Shown: positions 37,640 to 47,131 of the stretch, piece after piece
How positions within the stretch are numbered: the first letter of the stretch is position 1
Layout of the letters: the number at the start of each line of letters is the position of its first letter
DNA from: Firmicutes bacterium HGW-Firmicutes-9
Lineage (GTDB): Bacteria > Bacillota > Clostridia > Christensenellales > CAG-138
Length of the DNA stretch: 64,000 nt
Direction: 5' to 3'
NCBI GenBank assembly: GCA_002841395.1
Contig: PGZM01000004.1
Location: forward strand, 71,842 to 135,841
The notes under the pieces: model-generated
What the model saw: the letters and a program-made list of their open reading frames with translations, nothing else
What the model was told of the DNA's origin: nothing
Database searches by the model: none
Made by a program: the position numbers and the translations under genes

Positions 37640-38569
37640 TTATACCGCGACGGGCGCTTGCACCTGCGTGAGCGCACGCTTGGCGAGCTGCTGCTCGGTC
37701 ACGCCGCTGACCAGCGCGCGCGGACTGAGCAGGATGCGGTGCGCGGCAACGCTTTCAAACACCAGCTGCACGTCCTGCGGGATCAGGTAATCGCGTCCGG
37801 AAAGATAGGCCGCGGCCTTGCTCATGCGAAGCAGCGCGATGGTACCGCGCGGGCTGACGCCGATGCGGATCGCGGGCTGTGCGCGCGTCCATCCGGCAAG
37901 CTCGGTGATATAGGCAAACAGCGCGTCAGAAGCATAGATGCTCTCGACCTCGCGCTGCATGAGGGTTAAGTCCTGTGGCGTGATAACGCGGTTGACGGAA
38001 TCGAGAGACACCGCGTTCTGATGTCGGCGGAGCATCTCCACTTCACTCCTGCGGTCGGGATAGCCCATAGAAAGCCGCACCATAAAGCGGTCAAGCTGGG
38101 ATTCCGGCAGCGGCTGCGTGCCGGAAGAACCCGCGGGGTTCTGGGTCGCGATCACGAGAAACGGCTGCGGCACCGCGCGGGTGACGCCGTCTACCGTGAT
38201 ACTGTTTTCTTCCATAACCTCCAGCAGCGCGGACTGCGTCTTGCTGGACGCGCGGTTGATCTCGTCCGCGAGAAAAAGGTTGCACATCGCCGCGCCCGGC
38301 ACATAGTTGCCGCCGGACTCGCCGAGTTGAATCGTTGTATAGCCGGTGATGTCCGAAGGCATCACGTCCGGCGTAAACTGCATGCGCTTATAGCATAAGT
38401 CCATCGTCCGCGAAAACGCGAGCGCGAGCGTGGTCTTGCCGACGCCCGGCACGTCTTCCAGGAGAACATGCCCCTGCGCGAGCATTGCCATCAAAATACT
38501 GGCGATGACGGGGTCCTTGCCCACGACGACTTTTCGAACCTGGCTGATGATCTCCTGCACTTGCTGCAT
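37640..38569 (-). CDS. MoxR-like AAA+ ATPase
   Basis: Walker A GVPGVGKT, Walker B LLADEINRA. Start uncertain: ATG at 38569 with GAGGA 11 nt upstream, or alternatives at 38587 and 38611. Confidence 0.86.
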   Translation of the reverse strand: MQQVQEIISQVRKVVVGKDPVIASILMAMLAQGHVLLEDVPGVGKTTLALAFSRTMDLCYKRMQFTPDVMPSDITGYTTIQLGESGGNYVPGAAMCNLFLADEINRASSKTQSALLEVMEENSITVDGVTRAVPQPFLVIATQNPAGSSGTQPLPESQLDRFMVRLSMGYPDRRSEVEMLRRHQNAVSLDSVNRVITPQDLTLMQREVESIYASDALFAYITELAGWTRAQPAIRIGVSPRGTIALLRMSKAAAYLSGRDYLIPQDVQLVFESVAAHRILLSPRALVSGVTEQQLAKRALTQVQAPVAV

Positions 38570-38811
38570 CAAAATCGTATTCCTCATTACATCACAAAAA
38601 TCCGCAATCACGCGGTAACATTCATATTATAGCAGTCTACTGCCAGACAAGGGCAAGAGTATAACAAGAATGTATACAAAAATGAAACATCCTGACAGGA
38701 TTTTGATTGGTTTTTCGAGGATTGCGACGCGCAGGACATTGAAGCGAGCGGTTGCGTCCGTTATAATTGCGCTAGGCGCAGGAATATGCGCCTTATCAGG
38801 GGGGGATCAAC

Positions 38812-39513
38812 ATGAAAATAGCCATCATTCACGGACAGAATCATAAAGGCAGTTCTTATCACATCGGCAGGCTTGTCGTCGATCAGATTCCGGGGGAACA
38901 CGAGATCAAAGAGTTCTTTTTACCGCGCGATTTGAATCACTTTTGCGTCGGCTGCTACCGCTGCATCGAAAACGACGCGGACTGCCCTTGGTACGAACAA
39001 AAGAACGCCATCATTAGCGCGATGGAGGCGGCAGACCTGCTCGTCTTCACGACGCCGACCTATTGCATGGCGCCTTCCGCGGCGCTCAAATCGCTCTTGG
39101 ATCTGACGTTTACGATGTGGATGTCGCATCGTCCGCGCGGGTCGATGTTTCGCAAAAAGGCGGTCGTCGTCTCCGCTTCCGCGGGCAGCTCGACCGCGGG
39201 CGCGACAAAGGGTGTCGCGCAAAATCTGTTCTACTGGGGCGTGCCGGAAATCTATCGTTACGGCGCGCGCGTTCAGGCGAAAAACTGGGATAGCGTGAAA
39301 CCCAAGATCAAAGACAAAATCACAAAGGATACCGCAAAACTCGCAAGAAAGCTCGGCAAAAATAAGCCGCCGCGCGTGGGCATCAAAACGCGGTTTATAT
39401 TTCGCATGATGGTGGGCATGCAAAAAGCGAATTGGAGCGCATCCCCGATCGAGAAGGAATACTGGCAGAATCAGGGTTGGCTCGGCAAGGTGCGCCCCTG
39501 GAAGCAGGCTTAG
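38812..39513 (+). CDS. Flavodoxin-like fold NAD(P)H-dependent oxidoreductase / iron-sulfur flavoprotein-like
   Basis: MKIAIIHGQNHKGSSY... plus CVGCYRC cysteine motif. Confidence 0.72.
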   Translation: MKIAIIHGQNHKGSSYHIGRLVVDQIPGEHEIKEFFLPRDLNHFCVGCYRCIENDADCPWYEQKNAIISAMEAADLLVFTTPTYCMAPSAALKSLLDLTFTMWMSHRPRGSMFRKKAVVVSASAGSSTAGATKGVAQNLFYWGVPEIYRYGARVQAKNWDSVKPKIKDKITKDTAKLARKLGKNKPPRVGIKTRFIFRMMVGMQKANWSASPIEKEYWQNQGWLGKVRPWKQA

Positions 39514-39622
39514 TATATTATCCTTTGCGATTTATTTCGCGCGATTCCGGTGTTATAATCAAAGGCGCCTCGCGGCGCGGACATAGACCGCGCGATACTC
39601 TGCGGGGCAGGAAAGGCGCGCT

Positions 39623-40867
39623 TTGGATACCCTTCAACCGCGCAAAGCGGGGCTTAACAATCCGTTTGTCTCGCTGAGACACGCAAACTATCGCTACTAC
39701 TTCGCGGGCATGTGCGTCTCGACCATCGGCACGTGGATGCAGAACACCGCGCAGCCGTGGCTTGCGTATTCGCTGACCAAATCCGCGCTGCTGTTGAGCG
39801 TCGTGAGCGCGCTGCAGTTTCTGCCTGCGCTGCTGTTTTCGCTGTTTGCCGGGGTGCTGATCGACCGGCTTCCTAAAAAGCGGATGCTGATCATCACGCA
39901 GTCGCTCTCGTTAGCCATTACGTTCGCGCTGTGGCTCCTGGTTCATTCCGGCAATGTGCAATACTGGCACCTTTTGATCTCGGCGTCGCTGCTGGGGCTC
40001 GTCAATACGCTCGATATGCCGCTTCGTCAGTCGTTCGTCGTGGAGATGGTTGGTCACGACGATCTGATGAATGCCATCGCGCTCAACTCGCTGACCTTCA
40101 ACGTGGCGCGTATGATCGGGCCTTCGCTCGCAGGCATCCTGATGGGGACCATCGGCATTTCCGCGTGTTTCCTCGTGAACTCTTTAAGCTTTGCCGCGGT
40201 GCTCATCAGCCTGTTCTTCATCCATCCCGTTGCCTGTGCGGTGCCGGAGGAAAAGGAGAGAAAGGGCATGTTCGAGAGCATCGGCGAGGGCTTGAAGTAT
40301 ATCTTCCACGATGAGACGCTCTACACAACGCTGCTGATCATGGCGGTGATCTCCACCTTTGCGCTCAACTACGGCGTTGCAATTCCCGTGTTTGCGCAAC
40401 AGATTCTGGGACTTACAGAGACGGGCTACGGATTCTTGCTCTCCGCGCTGGGTGCGGGCGCGCTGGTTGGCGCGCTGCTCGTCGCGTCGCTGAGCAAAAA
40501 CGGGCCAAGGCGGTTCATTCTCTATGTGCTGCCGCTCTTTTCGGGATTGATTTTAATTCTGATCGGCTATACGAACAGCTTTGTTTCCACCGCGCTCTCG
40601 GTCGCAATTGGCGGATTTCTATTCGTGACATATCTTTCCACAGCGAACTCGAATTTGCAGATTCATACGGCGGATCGCTTTCGCGGGCGCGTGATGAGCG
40701 TCTATTCGCTCGTGCTCGCGGGTTCGTCGCCGATCGGGAATCTCTTTGTCGGATCGATGGACAACTGGTTTGGCGCGCGGATGGGTTTCATCGCCTGCGG
40801 CATTGCGGTCATGGTGTTCATCATGCCGATCTTCATCTTCATTTTCGTTCGGCGAAACAGGGTATAG
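39623..40867 (+). CDS. MFS transporter
   Basis: About 12 TM segments. N-terminal YRYYFAGMCVSTIGTWMQ is typical of the MFS_3 type. TTG start inferred, because the conserved N-terminus lies before the first ATG. Confidence 0.84.
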   Translation: MDTLQPRKAGLNNPFVSLRHANYRYYFAGMCVSTIGTWMQNTAQPWLAYSLTKSALLLSVVSALQFLPALLFSLFAGVLIDRLPKKRMLIITQSLSLAITFALWLLVHSGNVQYWHLLISASLLGLVNTLDMPLRQSFVVEMVGHDDLMNAIALNSLTFNVARMIGPSLAGILMGTIGISACFLVNSLSFAAVLISLFFIHPVACAVPEEKERKGMFESIGEGLKYIFHDETLYTTLLIMAVISTFALNYGVAIPVFAQQILGLTETGYGFLLSALGAGALVGALLVASLSKNGPRRFILYVLPLFSGLILILIGYTNSFVSTALSVAIGGFLFVTYLSTANSNLQIHTADRFRGRVMSVYSLVLAGSSPIGNLFVGSMDNWFGARMGFIACGIAVMVFIMPIFIFIFVRRNRV

Positions 40868-40899
40868 AGAGAATTGCTTTCAGATAGCCGTTTCAAACA

Positions 40900-40929
40900 C
40901 AGCCGCCCAACATTTGCGGCTGTTTTTTC
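40900..40929 (+). terminator. Intrinsic terminator after the MFS gene
   Basis: CAGCCGC-(9 nt)-GCGGCTG followed by TTTTTT. Confidence 0.75.
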
Positions 40930-41045
40930 GTGCTTTTTTGGGGAAACGATGATACGATCATATCAAATCAACTGTTTTCGCGATCAGGCGATTGTTGTGA
41001 TTGCTCTGGTCGGATATGGAAGTTTGTTTTTCGGAGGTGAACGGT

Positions 41046-41723
41046 TTGACCCGGATATTGCTGGCGGATGACGACGCGCGGATTCGCTCCATCGTGCGCG
41101 AATATGCGCAGGCGGAGGATTGGACGTTTGACGAGGCGGGTGACGGAGAGGAAGCGCTCCGCCTGTTTGCCGCAAACAGCTATGCACTCGTTGTGCTGGA
41201 TGTCATGATGCCGCGGCTGGATGGCTGGGGCACGCTCAAGCAGATTCGCAAAAGCAGCGCGGCGCCTGTGATTCTGCTCACCGCGCGCAACGAGGAATAT
41301 GACCGCCTGCTCGGGTTTGAGCTGGGCGTGGACGACTATATCGGCAAGCCCTTCAGCCCGCGGGAACTCATCGCCCGCATGAAAGCGCTTTTAAAGCGCG
41401 CGGGCGCTGCGCAGGGAGTCGGTGCGGTATTTACCCTCGGCGGGCTAAAGGTAGACGCCGCGGCGCATCTGGTGCAGATCGACGGGGAAGACGTCAGCCT
41501 CAGCCCAAAGGAGTTTGACCTGCTCGCGTTCTTCGTCTCGCGGCCGGAGGTGGCCTTCACGCGGGATCAACTTCTCAACCATGTTTGGGGATATGACTTT
41601 TTCGGTGACGCGCGGACAGTGGACACGCATGTGAAAAGCCTGCGCGAAAAGCTCGGCGCATATCGCGACCATATCGTGACCGTTTGGGGCACCGGCTACC
41701 GATTTTCGGGAGGGAAAGTATGA
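41046..41723 (+). CDS. OmpR-family response regulator
   Basis: Receiver domain (ILLADDD, LVVLDVMMP) plus a winged-helix output. TTG start 8 nt after GGAGG. Confidence 0.9.
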   Translation: MTRILLADDDARIRSIVREYAQAEDWTFDEAGDGEEALRLFAANSYALVVLDVMMPRLDGWGTLKQIRKSSAAPVILLTARNEEYDRLLGFELGVDDYIGKPFSPRELIARMKALLKRAGAAQGVGAVFTLGGLKVDAAAHLVQIDGEDVSLSPKEFDLLAFFVSRPEVAFTRDQLLNHVWGYDFFGDARTVDTHVKSLREKLGAYRDHIVTVWGTGYRFSGGKV

Positions 41724-43072
41724 AACGCATCCGCGCAAAACTGATGCTCGCGTTCCTCGGCATGGCGGCGCTCGCCGTCGCGCTGATCTGGCTTGTGCAG
41801 GCCGTGTTCCTGAGCGACAGCTACTTGAATCAGCGCATCCAGAGCATAGACGCTGCGGTATCCGACGTGTCCGTCGCGGCAAGCACCGACTATGCGGGGC
41901 TGGAGAGCGCAATCAACGTCAGCCTGCTCGCGGTGAATGAATCGGGCAGCGTCGTGTATCAGTCCGACGGATTACCCATGCGCGGGCAGATCGTCAAGCG
42001 CATCCCCGAGCTGATCGAAGCCGCGGGCGGTGGGGTGGAGATGCTCCAGACCGAGACGGAGCAGGCACGATATGCGCTCATCAGCCGCTCGGTCGAGGGC
42101 GGCACGCTGCTGGTCGTATTCTCACTGGTGGATGTGTCGGAGGCTTCCCGCGTGTTATTGCAGCAGCTTTGGGTGATCACGGCGGTGCTGCTTGCGGCGG
42201 CGTTGATCCTCTCGCTCGTGCTTTCGCGCCGTTTTTCGCGCCCGATTTTGGCGGTCACGGGCGCCGCAAAGCGCATGGCGGCGGGGGATTATTCGGTGAA
42301 GACGCCCGTCACTGCAAGGGACGAAATCGGCCAGCTGACACAGGCGCTCAACGAACTTGGCGACGAGCTGGGCAAGACCGAAGAGCTACGGCGGGAGTTG
42401 ATTGCCAATGTGTCGCATGAGCTGCGCGCGCCGCTGACCATCATCCGCGGCTACGCGGAGACCGTGCGGGACGTCACCTGGCCAAACGAGGAGAAGCGCA
42501 CCAAACAGCTGGACGCTATCGTAGAGGAATCCGCGCGGCTCGGCAGCCTTGTGAGCGATATTCTGGACTATTCCAAGCTGCAATCGGGCGCGCAGAGCAT
42601 TCAGCCGCAGGCGTTCTCGTGCGCTTTGGAGCTCGGCGATCTCGTCGGCCGCTTTGCGCTCGCGGCGGGGCAGCGGGATATCGTGCTGGAGCTGACGTGT
42701 CCAGAGGGGGACATCTTGTTTGATCGCGGGCAGTTTGCGCAGGTGGTGAGCAATCTTCTGGACAATGCCGTGCACCACGCGAAGGCCGCCTCTCGCATCC
42801 GCGTCCGCGGAGAAGCGCGGGGGAATATCATGCGCATCTCGGTCGAAAATACGGGCGAACCGATTCCGCCGGAGGAGCTGCCGAAGATTTGGGATCGCTA
42901 CCATCGCGCGCCGAAGCAGGGTGAAGCGGGCGGCCTCGGCACCGGCCTCGGCCTCGCGATCGTGAAGACCATCCTTGAACGGCACGGCGTCGCTTACGGT
43001 GTGGAGAGCAATGATAAGCGGACGGTGTTCTGGTTTGATACGGTGGAGCTTTCAAATGATTCGTTGCTGTAG
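41720..43072 (+). CDS. Sensor histidine kinase
   Basis: Two TM segments, HAMP, H-box SHELRAPLT, and N/G boxes (LLDNAVHH, GLGLAIV). ATGA overlap with the regulator gene. Confidence 0.9.
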   Translation: MKRIRAKLMLAFLGMAALAVALIWLVQAVFLSDSYLNQRIQSIDAAVSDVSVAASTDYAGLESAINVSLLAVNESGSVVYQSDGLPMRGQIVKRIPELIEAAGGGVEMLQTETEQARYALISRSVEGGTLLVVFSLVDVSEASRVLLQQLWVITAVLLAAALILSLVLSRRFSRPILAVTGAAKRMAAGDYSVKTPVTARDEIGQLTQALNELGDELGKTEELRRELIANVSHELRAPLTIIRGYAETVRDVTWPNEEKRTKQLDAIVEESARLGSLVSDILDYSKLQSGAQSIQPQAFSCALELGDLVGRFALAAGQRDIVLELTCPEGDILFDRGQFAQVVSNLLDNAVHHAKAASRIRVRGEARGNIMRISVENTGEPIPPEELPKIWDRYHRAPKQGEAGGLGTGLGLAIVKTILERHGVAYGVESNDKRTVFWFDTVELSNDSLL

Positions 43073-43122
43073 ATAGCGGCTTGTTTTGTTGAATTCGTTA
43101 TGGAAAGAAAGGAGGAAGTGTC

Positions 43123-43335
43123 ATGACGAAGGAAGCATTTGAAGAGTATGTCGATTCTCCGCTCAAGCACATAGAAGACGATTATATTGATCTTCTTTCA
43201 AAAGAAGTGCACGAGCGTGAAGGTGGACATCCGTCCCCAAATCATAGAATGCCAGAGTGTTGTGATGCAATGTACAACCAAATGCGTGCCGATGATACGG
43301 TAGTGAGCAATCCTCCAAATGGGAAAGACGAATAA
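43123..43335 (+). CDS. Small hypothetical protein (70 aa)
   Basis: Strong AAGGAGGAAG RBS 6 nt before the ATG. Visibly lower GC than neighbours. Acidic, no TM, no motif recognised. Confidence 0.45.
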   Translation: MTKEAFEEYVDSPLKHIEDDYIDLLSKEVHEREGGHPSPNHRMPECCDAMYNQMRADDTVVSNPPNGKDE

Positions 43336-43402
43336 CTTCAAAAACGACACTTTTAAAAACATTAGATTCTGCAATCATATGAATGACTGCGACAATAGAA
43401 CA

Positions 43403-43434
43403 AAGAGCTCCGGCGTCAGCCGGAGCTCTTGTTT
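43403..43434. terminator. 12-bp perfect hairpin between convergent genes
   Basis: AAGAGCTCCGGC-GTCA-GCCGGAGCTCTT. Only a weak T-tract follows. Confidence 0.6.
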
Positions 43435-43446
43435 CGCGAAGAGGGT

Positions 43447-44718
43447 TTAGTCAAAGAGCTGATGCTTGAAATCGCTCAGTCCCATTCCCATCTGCGCTGC
43501 CGCATCCTTCAGCGAGGCGTAGGAGGGGTAGTCCGCCGCAAGGCCGAGGCGCGAATAGAGTTCATCGAGCGGCATATTGAGCAGCTCTGCGGTCTGCTCC
43601 AGCGTATAGGAGCCACGCAAATCGCTCGGCGCATAGCCGTTGATCGCCACATAGTCCTCTTCTTCCGATTCTCCGGCAGGCAACGTGGCTTCTTCCTCAT
43701 GCGATTCCTCGCCTTCGCTGCCTCTGCCTTCGGTGATACCCGGGGTGGAGAACCACGGCAATCCCTCATACTTGTTCGGCAGCAGTTGCATGTCTCCCGA
43801 AAGGGCGGCGATGCCCATCGGCACAAAGAACAGCGCAAGTGCGAGAATCGTCGCCACCAGCGGGTGAATCTTCGCTTTCTTCGAGTATCCGGTGTGGATT
43901 GCGCCCTGAACCGGACAGGCATGCACACACTCGTTGCAGTTGATGCACTCTGCGCTGGTCACGCGTCCGTTTTTCGCGTTCATGACCTCCACATTCATCG
44001 GGCAGCTGCGGTTGCATTTGCCGCATTTGATGCAGGTGTCTTCATCGACGCGAACCATATAGGGGCTGGTTTTACCGATGGCGGCATAGAGCGCGCCCGC
44101 CGGACAGAGATATTTGCAGAAGAAACGGTCATATACCATGCTGCCGAGCAGCGAGATGATCAGCACGATGAACCCGATGAGGTAGCTGGTCACAAGCTCG
44201 TTGAAGTCCGCAAGATGCCCCAACGCGTTGAACGGGTCATACGGCGTAATCCAGAGTTCGCCCGTGATCCATGCCATCGCGACGGTCACCGCCAGTACGA
44301 CGTACTTGAGATAGCGCAGCACGCGGTCGAGCTTTTGCGGCATCACGAGGCGCTTTTTGAAGAGCTTTTGCCCGATCTTACCGAAGAACTCCTGCAGTGC
44401 GCCCAGCGCGCAGATCTGCCCGCAGAAGGAGCGCCGCATCGCGATGCTCAGCACCACCGTCGTACCAAAGAGCACGAATGTACCGATGACGATCCGTTTG
44501 AGGAATGTTCCGACGGCTACGAGCGAGAGCATAGACTCCAGCCCGCCGTAGGGACACAGCGCATGGATGCTTGGACCCACGTAGCCGAGGGTGTGCAGCG
44601 CGGTTGCCGCGATGACAAACGCAAGCAGGCTTCCGAGCGTGACCCAGCGGATGATGCGGGAGATCAGGGAAAGGCGCTTTTCGCGCGCACTCACGGGGGT
44701 TACGGGATTTGCGGACAT
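43447..44718 (-). CDS. Membrane polyferredoxin, NapH/MauN/YccM-like 4Fe-4S binding protein
   Basis: TM helices with CPYGG, FCGQIC and FCKYLCPAG motifs, plus two ferredoxin motifs CIKCGKCNRSCP and CINCNECVHACP. Acidic linker and extra C-terminal domain. Confidence 0.84.
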   Translation of the reverse strand: MSANPVTPVSAREKRLSLISRIIRWVTLGSLLAFVIAATALHTLGYVGPSIHALCPYGGLESMLSLVAVGTFLKRIVIGTFVLFGTTVVLSIAMRRSFCGQICALGALQEFFGKIGQKLFKKRLVMPQKLDRVLRYLKYVVLAVTVAMAWITGELWITPYDPFNALGHLADFNELVTSYLIGFIVLIISLLGSMVYDRFFCKYLCPAGALYAAIGKTSPYMVRVDEDTCIKCGKCNRSCPMNVEVMNAKNGRVTSAECINCNECVHACPVQGAIHTGYSKKAKIHPLVATILALALFFVPMGIAALSGDMQLLPNKYEGLPWFSTPGITEGRGSEGEESHEEEATLPAGESEEEDYVAINGYAPSDLRGSYTLEQTAELLNMPLDELYSRLGLAADYPSYASLKDAAAQMGMGLSDFKHQLFD

Positions 44719-44759
44719 AGTTCACTTCCTCCTGTTATTTTAAGGATGATTCGTTTGAT

Positions 44760-45551
44760 TTACAGCCGGTTCTGGAAAGCGCGCAGATGGTTTTCCGAGG
44801 CGCGCATCAGGCTTTCAAATACCAAGCGGACATTGTCCGGCAGATCCTGATCCAGGAATGTTTCATACATTGCGATGTTGTTGACCTCTGCGTTCACGCC
44901 GGTCTGATAGGCTTCCGTCAGCGTGGGGACAGCCGCAAGAAGGCTTGCGCTTTCATCTGCGGGAACCGCGATGCCGTAGGCTTCAAACAGCGGCAGCAAC
45001 GCTTCCATGTGCGATTCCTCGGCGCGGATGATGTTGGTAAACGGGCGGACGCTGCCATATGTGGACAGGATCAGATCATACTCTGCGCGGGCGATGGTTT
45101 CATCCTGCATGGCGTAGGTGAGCATATCCGCGAGGGTGAGGTCGGCGTCCTTGAGTGCGCCTGCGGAACCGTAGCCCGCGAGTGAGGCTGCCTGATCCGC
45201 TTCGGTGAGCGTGTAGTCCGGGTCGGCGGTCGTCGTGCCGTCATACAGCGGGTCGCAGCTGTCCGTATAGCCGATGCCAACGTTGTTACCGTTGCCGTTT
45301 ACGCCGTAGCCGTAAGTGCCGGCTTCGTAGGTGTCGTTTTCGATTGCTTCGACGGCGTCGACGTCCGCATACGCGCCTCTGCCGCGGTAGCCGTTGCCGT
45401 AATCAGTCGTGTCGTCGGGCGTGGTGTATCCGCCTCGCGGTGCGGTCTCGTCCGCAACAGGGGCAGTTGCGCTCGGCAGTGTCGTGCAGCCGGCGAGGAT
45501 CAGAGTGAAAGTCAGGATCGCAACGATGGCGATCGTCAATTTCGTTTTCAT
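44760..45551 (-). CDS. Lipoprotein with ferritin-like (DUF2202-type) C-terminal domain
   Basis: Lipobox LAGCTT. Gly/Tyr/Asn-rich spacer. DETIARAEYDLIL...IIRAEESHMEAL helices resemble DUF2202. Start set to the ATG at 45551, behind AGGAGG. Confidence 0.72.
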   Translation of the reverse strand: MKTKLTIAIVAILTFTLILAGCTTLPSATAPVADETAPRGGYTTPDDTTDYGNGYRGRGAYADVDAVEAIENDTYEAGTYGYGVNGNGNNVGIGYTDSCDPLYDGTTTADPDYTLTEADQAASLAGYGSAGALKDADLTLADMLTYAMQDETIARAEYDLILSTYGSVRPFTNIIRAEESHMEALLPLFEAYGIAVPADESASLLAAVPTLTEAYQTGVNAEVNNIAMYETFLDQDLPDNVRLVFESLMRASENHLRAFQNRL

Positions 45552-45654
45552 GGTGTACCTCCTGTGGTCACTTGTTATGCTCTCATGATAATGCGCAGTT
45601 GTGATGAAATCGTGATGGGTTCTTGAGAGTTTGATCAAGCTTTGTACATTGACA

Positions 45655-45681
45655 TGAAAAAGACGCGCCTTTCGGCACGTC
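45655..45681 (-). terminator. Intrinsic terminator after the hydrolase gene
   Basis: Minus-strand GACGUGCC-GAAA-GGCGCGUC followed by UUUUUC. Contains a G-U pair valid only on the minus strand. Confidence 0.6.
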
Positions 45682-45698
45682 CTGTGTTTGGCGCGGCT

Positions 45699-46526
45699 TC
45701 ACGTCGCCAGAAACGGCAGCATCCACACAAACGGGGTGGTGATCATGTGTCCCGCATCCGGCAGTATATAGATCTCTGCATGCGGCACACCCGCGCGGAG
45801 CGCGGTTTCGCCCGCTGGTGAATCCAGAAGCTCGTCCTTTAATCCTGCTACATACAGCACCGGCATGGTCAGACGTTGCAACTGCTCTTTGCTGAACAAT
45901 GGCATGGGTATGTTCAGCGGATAGTAGCTATCGAGGATCAGGTTGATAAAGTCAAGGATTTCTTTCGGAACCTGCTCGTCTCCTGCGACATCCTCGTCAA
46001 ACGAGATCGATTCTTCCGCCTCCTCTGCTGCCTGCGCGCGCTCCAGAAAGTCCGCGCGGATGGGGGCAAGCCCGCCGCTGGCAAACAGCATGAGCCTTTC
46101 CACGCGGTCTGGATACGTCGTCGCGAGTTTCAGCGCCATCCAGCCGCCGAGGGAGTTGCCCGCGATGCTTGCGCGCGGCAGCGCAAGCGCATCTAGCACG
46201 CTTGCCATCCAGTCGGCGTAGTCGGAGCTTTCGAGGCTCAGACGGTATTCGCTGCTGTTACCCGCCTCGCCGGGAATATCCGCGGCGAACACGTGATAAT
46301 CGTTCATCAGCGCCATAATGTCGTTGAACCAGAACGCACTGTTGGAGCAACTGCCGTGCAGCAGCACGACCGCAGGTTTGGTTGGGTCGCCTGCCTCCAG
46401 CAGGAAGGTTTCGCCATACGGCGTATCGATGGTGCGCTTTGCAAACGGCATCGCGCTTAAAAAGTTATTGTAGACCGCGCGGAAGGTCTCCTTCTTCTCC
46501 GCGCTCTGGTAGACGCTGGTTTTCAT
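45699..46526 (-). CDS. Alpha/beta-fold hydrolase
   Basis: HGSCSN oxyanion region, nucleophile elbow GNSLGG, C-terminal DAGH. Start set to the ATG at 46526. Confidence 0.84.
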   Translation of the reverse strand: MKTSVYQSAEKKETFRAVYNNFLSAMPFAKRTIDTPYGETFLLEAGDPTKPAVVLLHGSCSNSAFWFNDIMALMNDYHVFAADIPGEAGNSSEYRLSLESSDYADWMASVLDALALPRASIAGNSLGGWMALKLATTYPDRVERLMLFASGGLAPIRADFLERAQAAEEAEESISFDEDVAGDEQVPKEILDFINLILDSYYPLNIPMPLFSKEQLQRLTMPVLYVAGLKDELLDSPAGETALRAGVPHAEIYILPDAGHMITTPFVWMLPFLAT

Positions 46527-46561
46527 ACGTTGTCCTTTCTGTTCTCTTTTGTCTATCAAAA

Positions 46562-46987
46562 CTATGCCTGCTCGGAATCCTCCGTCAGCATGGCAATGGA
46601 TTCCAGCATGGCGGCGACAATGCGCGCGCTGCCGTAGAGCGTGATGCGGAGTTTCTGCTCCTCGGGAATATACTGTGTCTGCATGCTGCTTTTGCCCATG
46701 TCAGCAGGTTTGCTGTTGAGCCCTGCGGTGAGGGTGTTTGTGATGCGAATGGCAGCGGCTTTGTCCGCCGTGTAGACATCCGCTACGCAGGAAACGACCG
46801 CGGTCGGTGTTTCGCCCGGGACTGGCGCGCTCTCGGTAAACACGCTCAGATCGTGTCCGCTGACGCGCCAGCCTTTGCCGACCTTCACCGCGCGGAGCTT
46901 GCCTTCGCGGATGTATCGCTGGACAGTCTTGGGGTGCATCTGGAGCATCTGCGCAATCTGCTCCACGGTAAAATAGCTTTCCTGCAT
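46562..46987 (-). CDS. HTH (excisionase/MerR-like HTH_17) DNA-binding protein with an extra C-terminal domain
   Basis: FTVEQIAQMLQMHPKTVQRYIREGKLRAVKVGKGWRV. GGAGAA RBS. Confidence 0.74.
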   Translation of the reverse strand: MQESYFTVEQIAQMLQMHPKTVQRYIREGKLRAVKVGKGWRVSGHDLSVFTESAPVPGETPTAVVSCVADVYTADKAAAIRITNTLTAGLNSKPADMGKSSMQTQYIPEEQKLRITLYGSARIVAAMLESIAMLTEDSEQA

Positions 46988-47131
46988 CGTTTTCTCCGTT
47001 TCTTGTGGTCTGGGAATATTTCGAAAAATTCCTTATAAGGGAATAATAGGGAACAATAAGTAATATGTCAAGTGTTTTTTGGGAATAAAAAAGCTCCCGC
47101 GTGTTTGCGGGAGCGTTTTATGCGGTTGGGA

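Noticed and set aside
46562-46987. Excisionase-family HTH considered as a marker of a prophage or integrative element.
   Set aside because: There is no integrase, recombinase, att-like repeat, tRNA or phage gene within reach. The flanking genes are ordinary metabolic genes.
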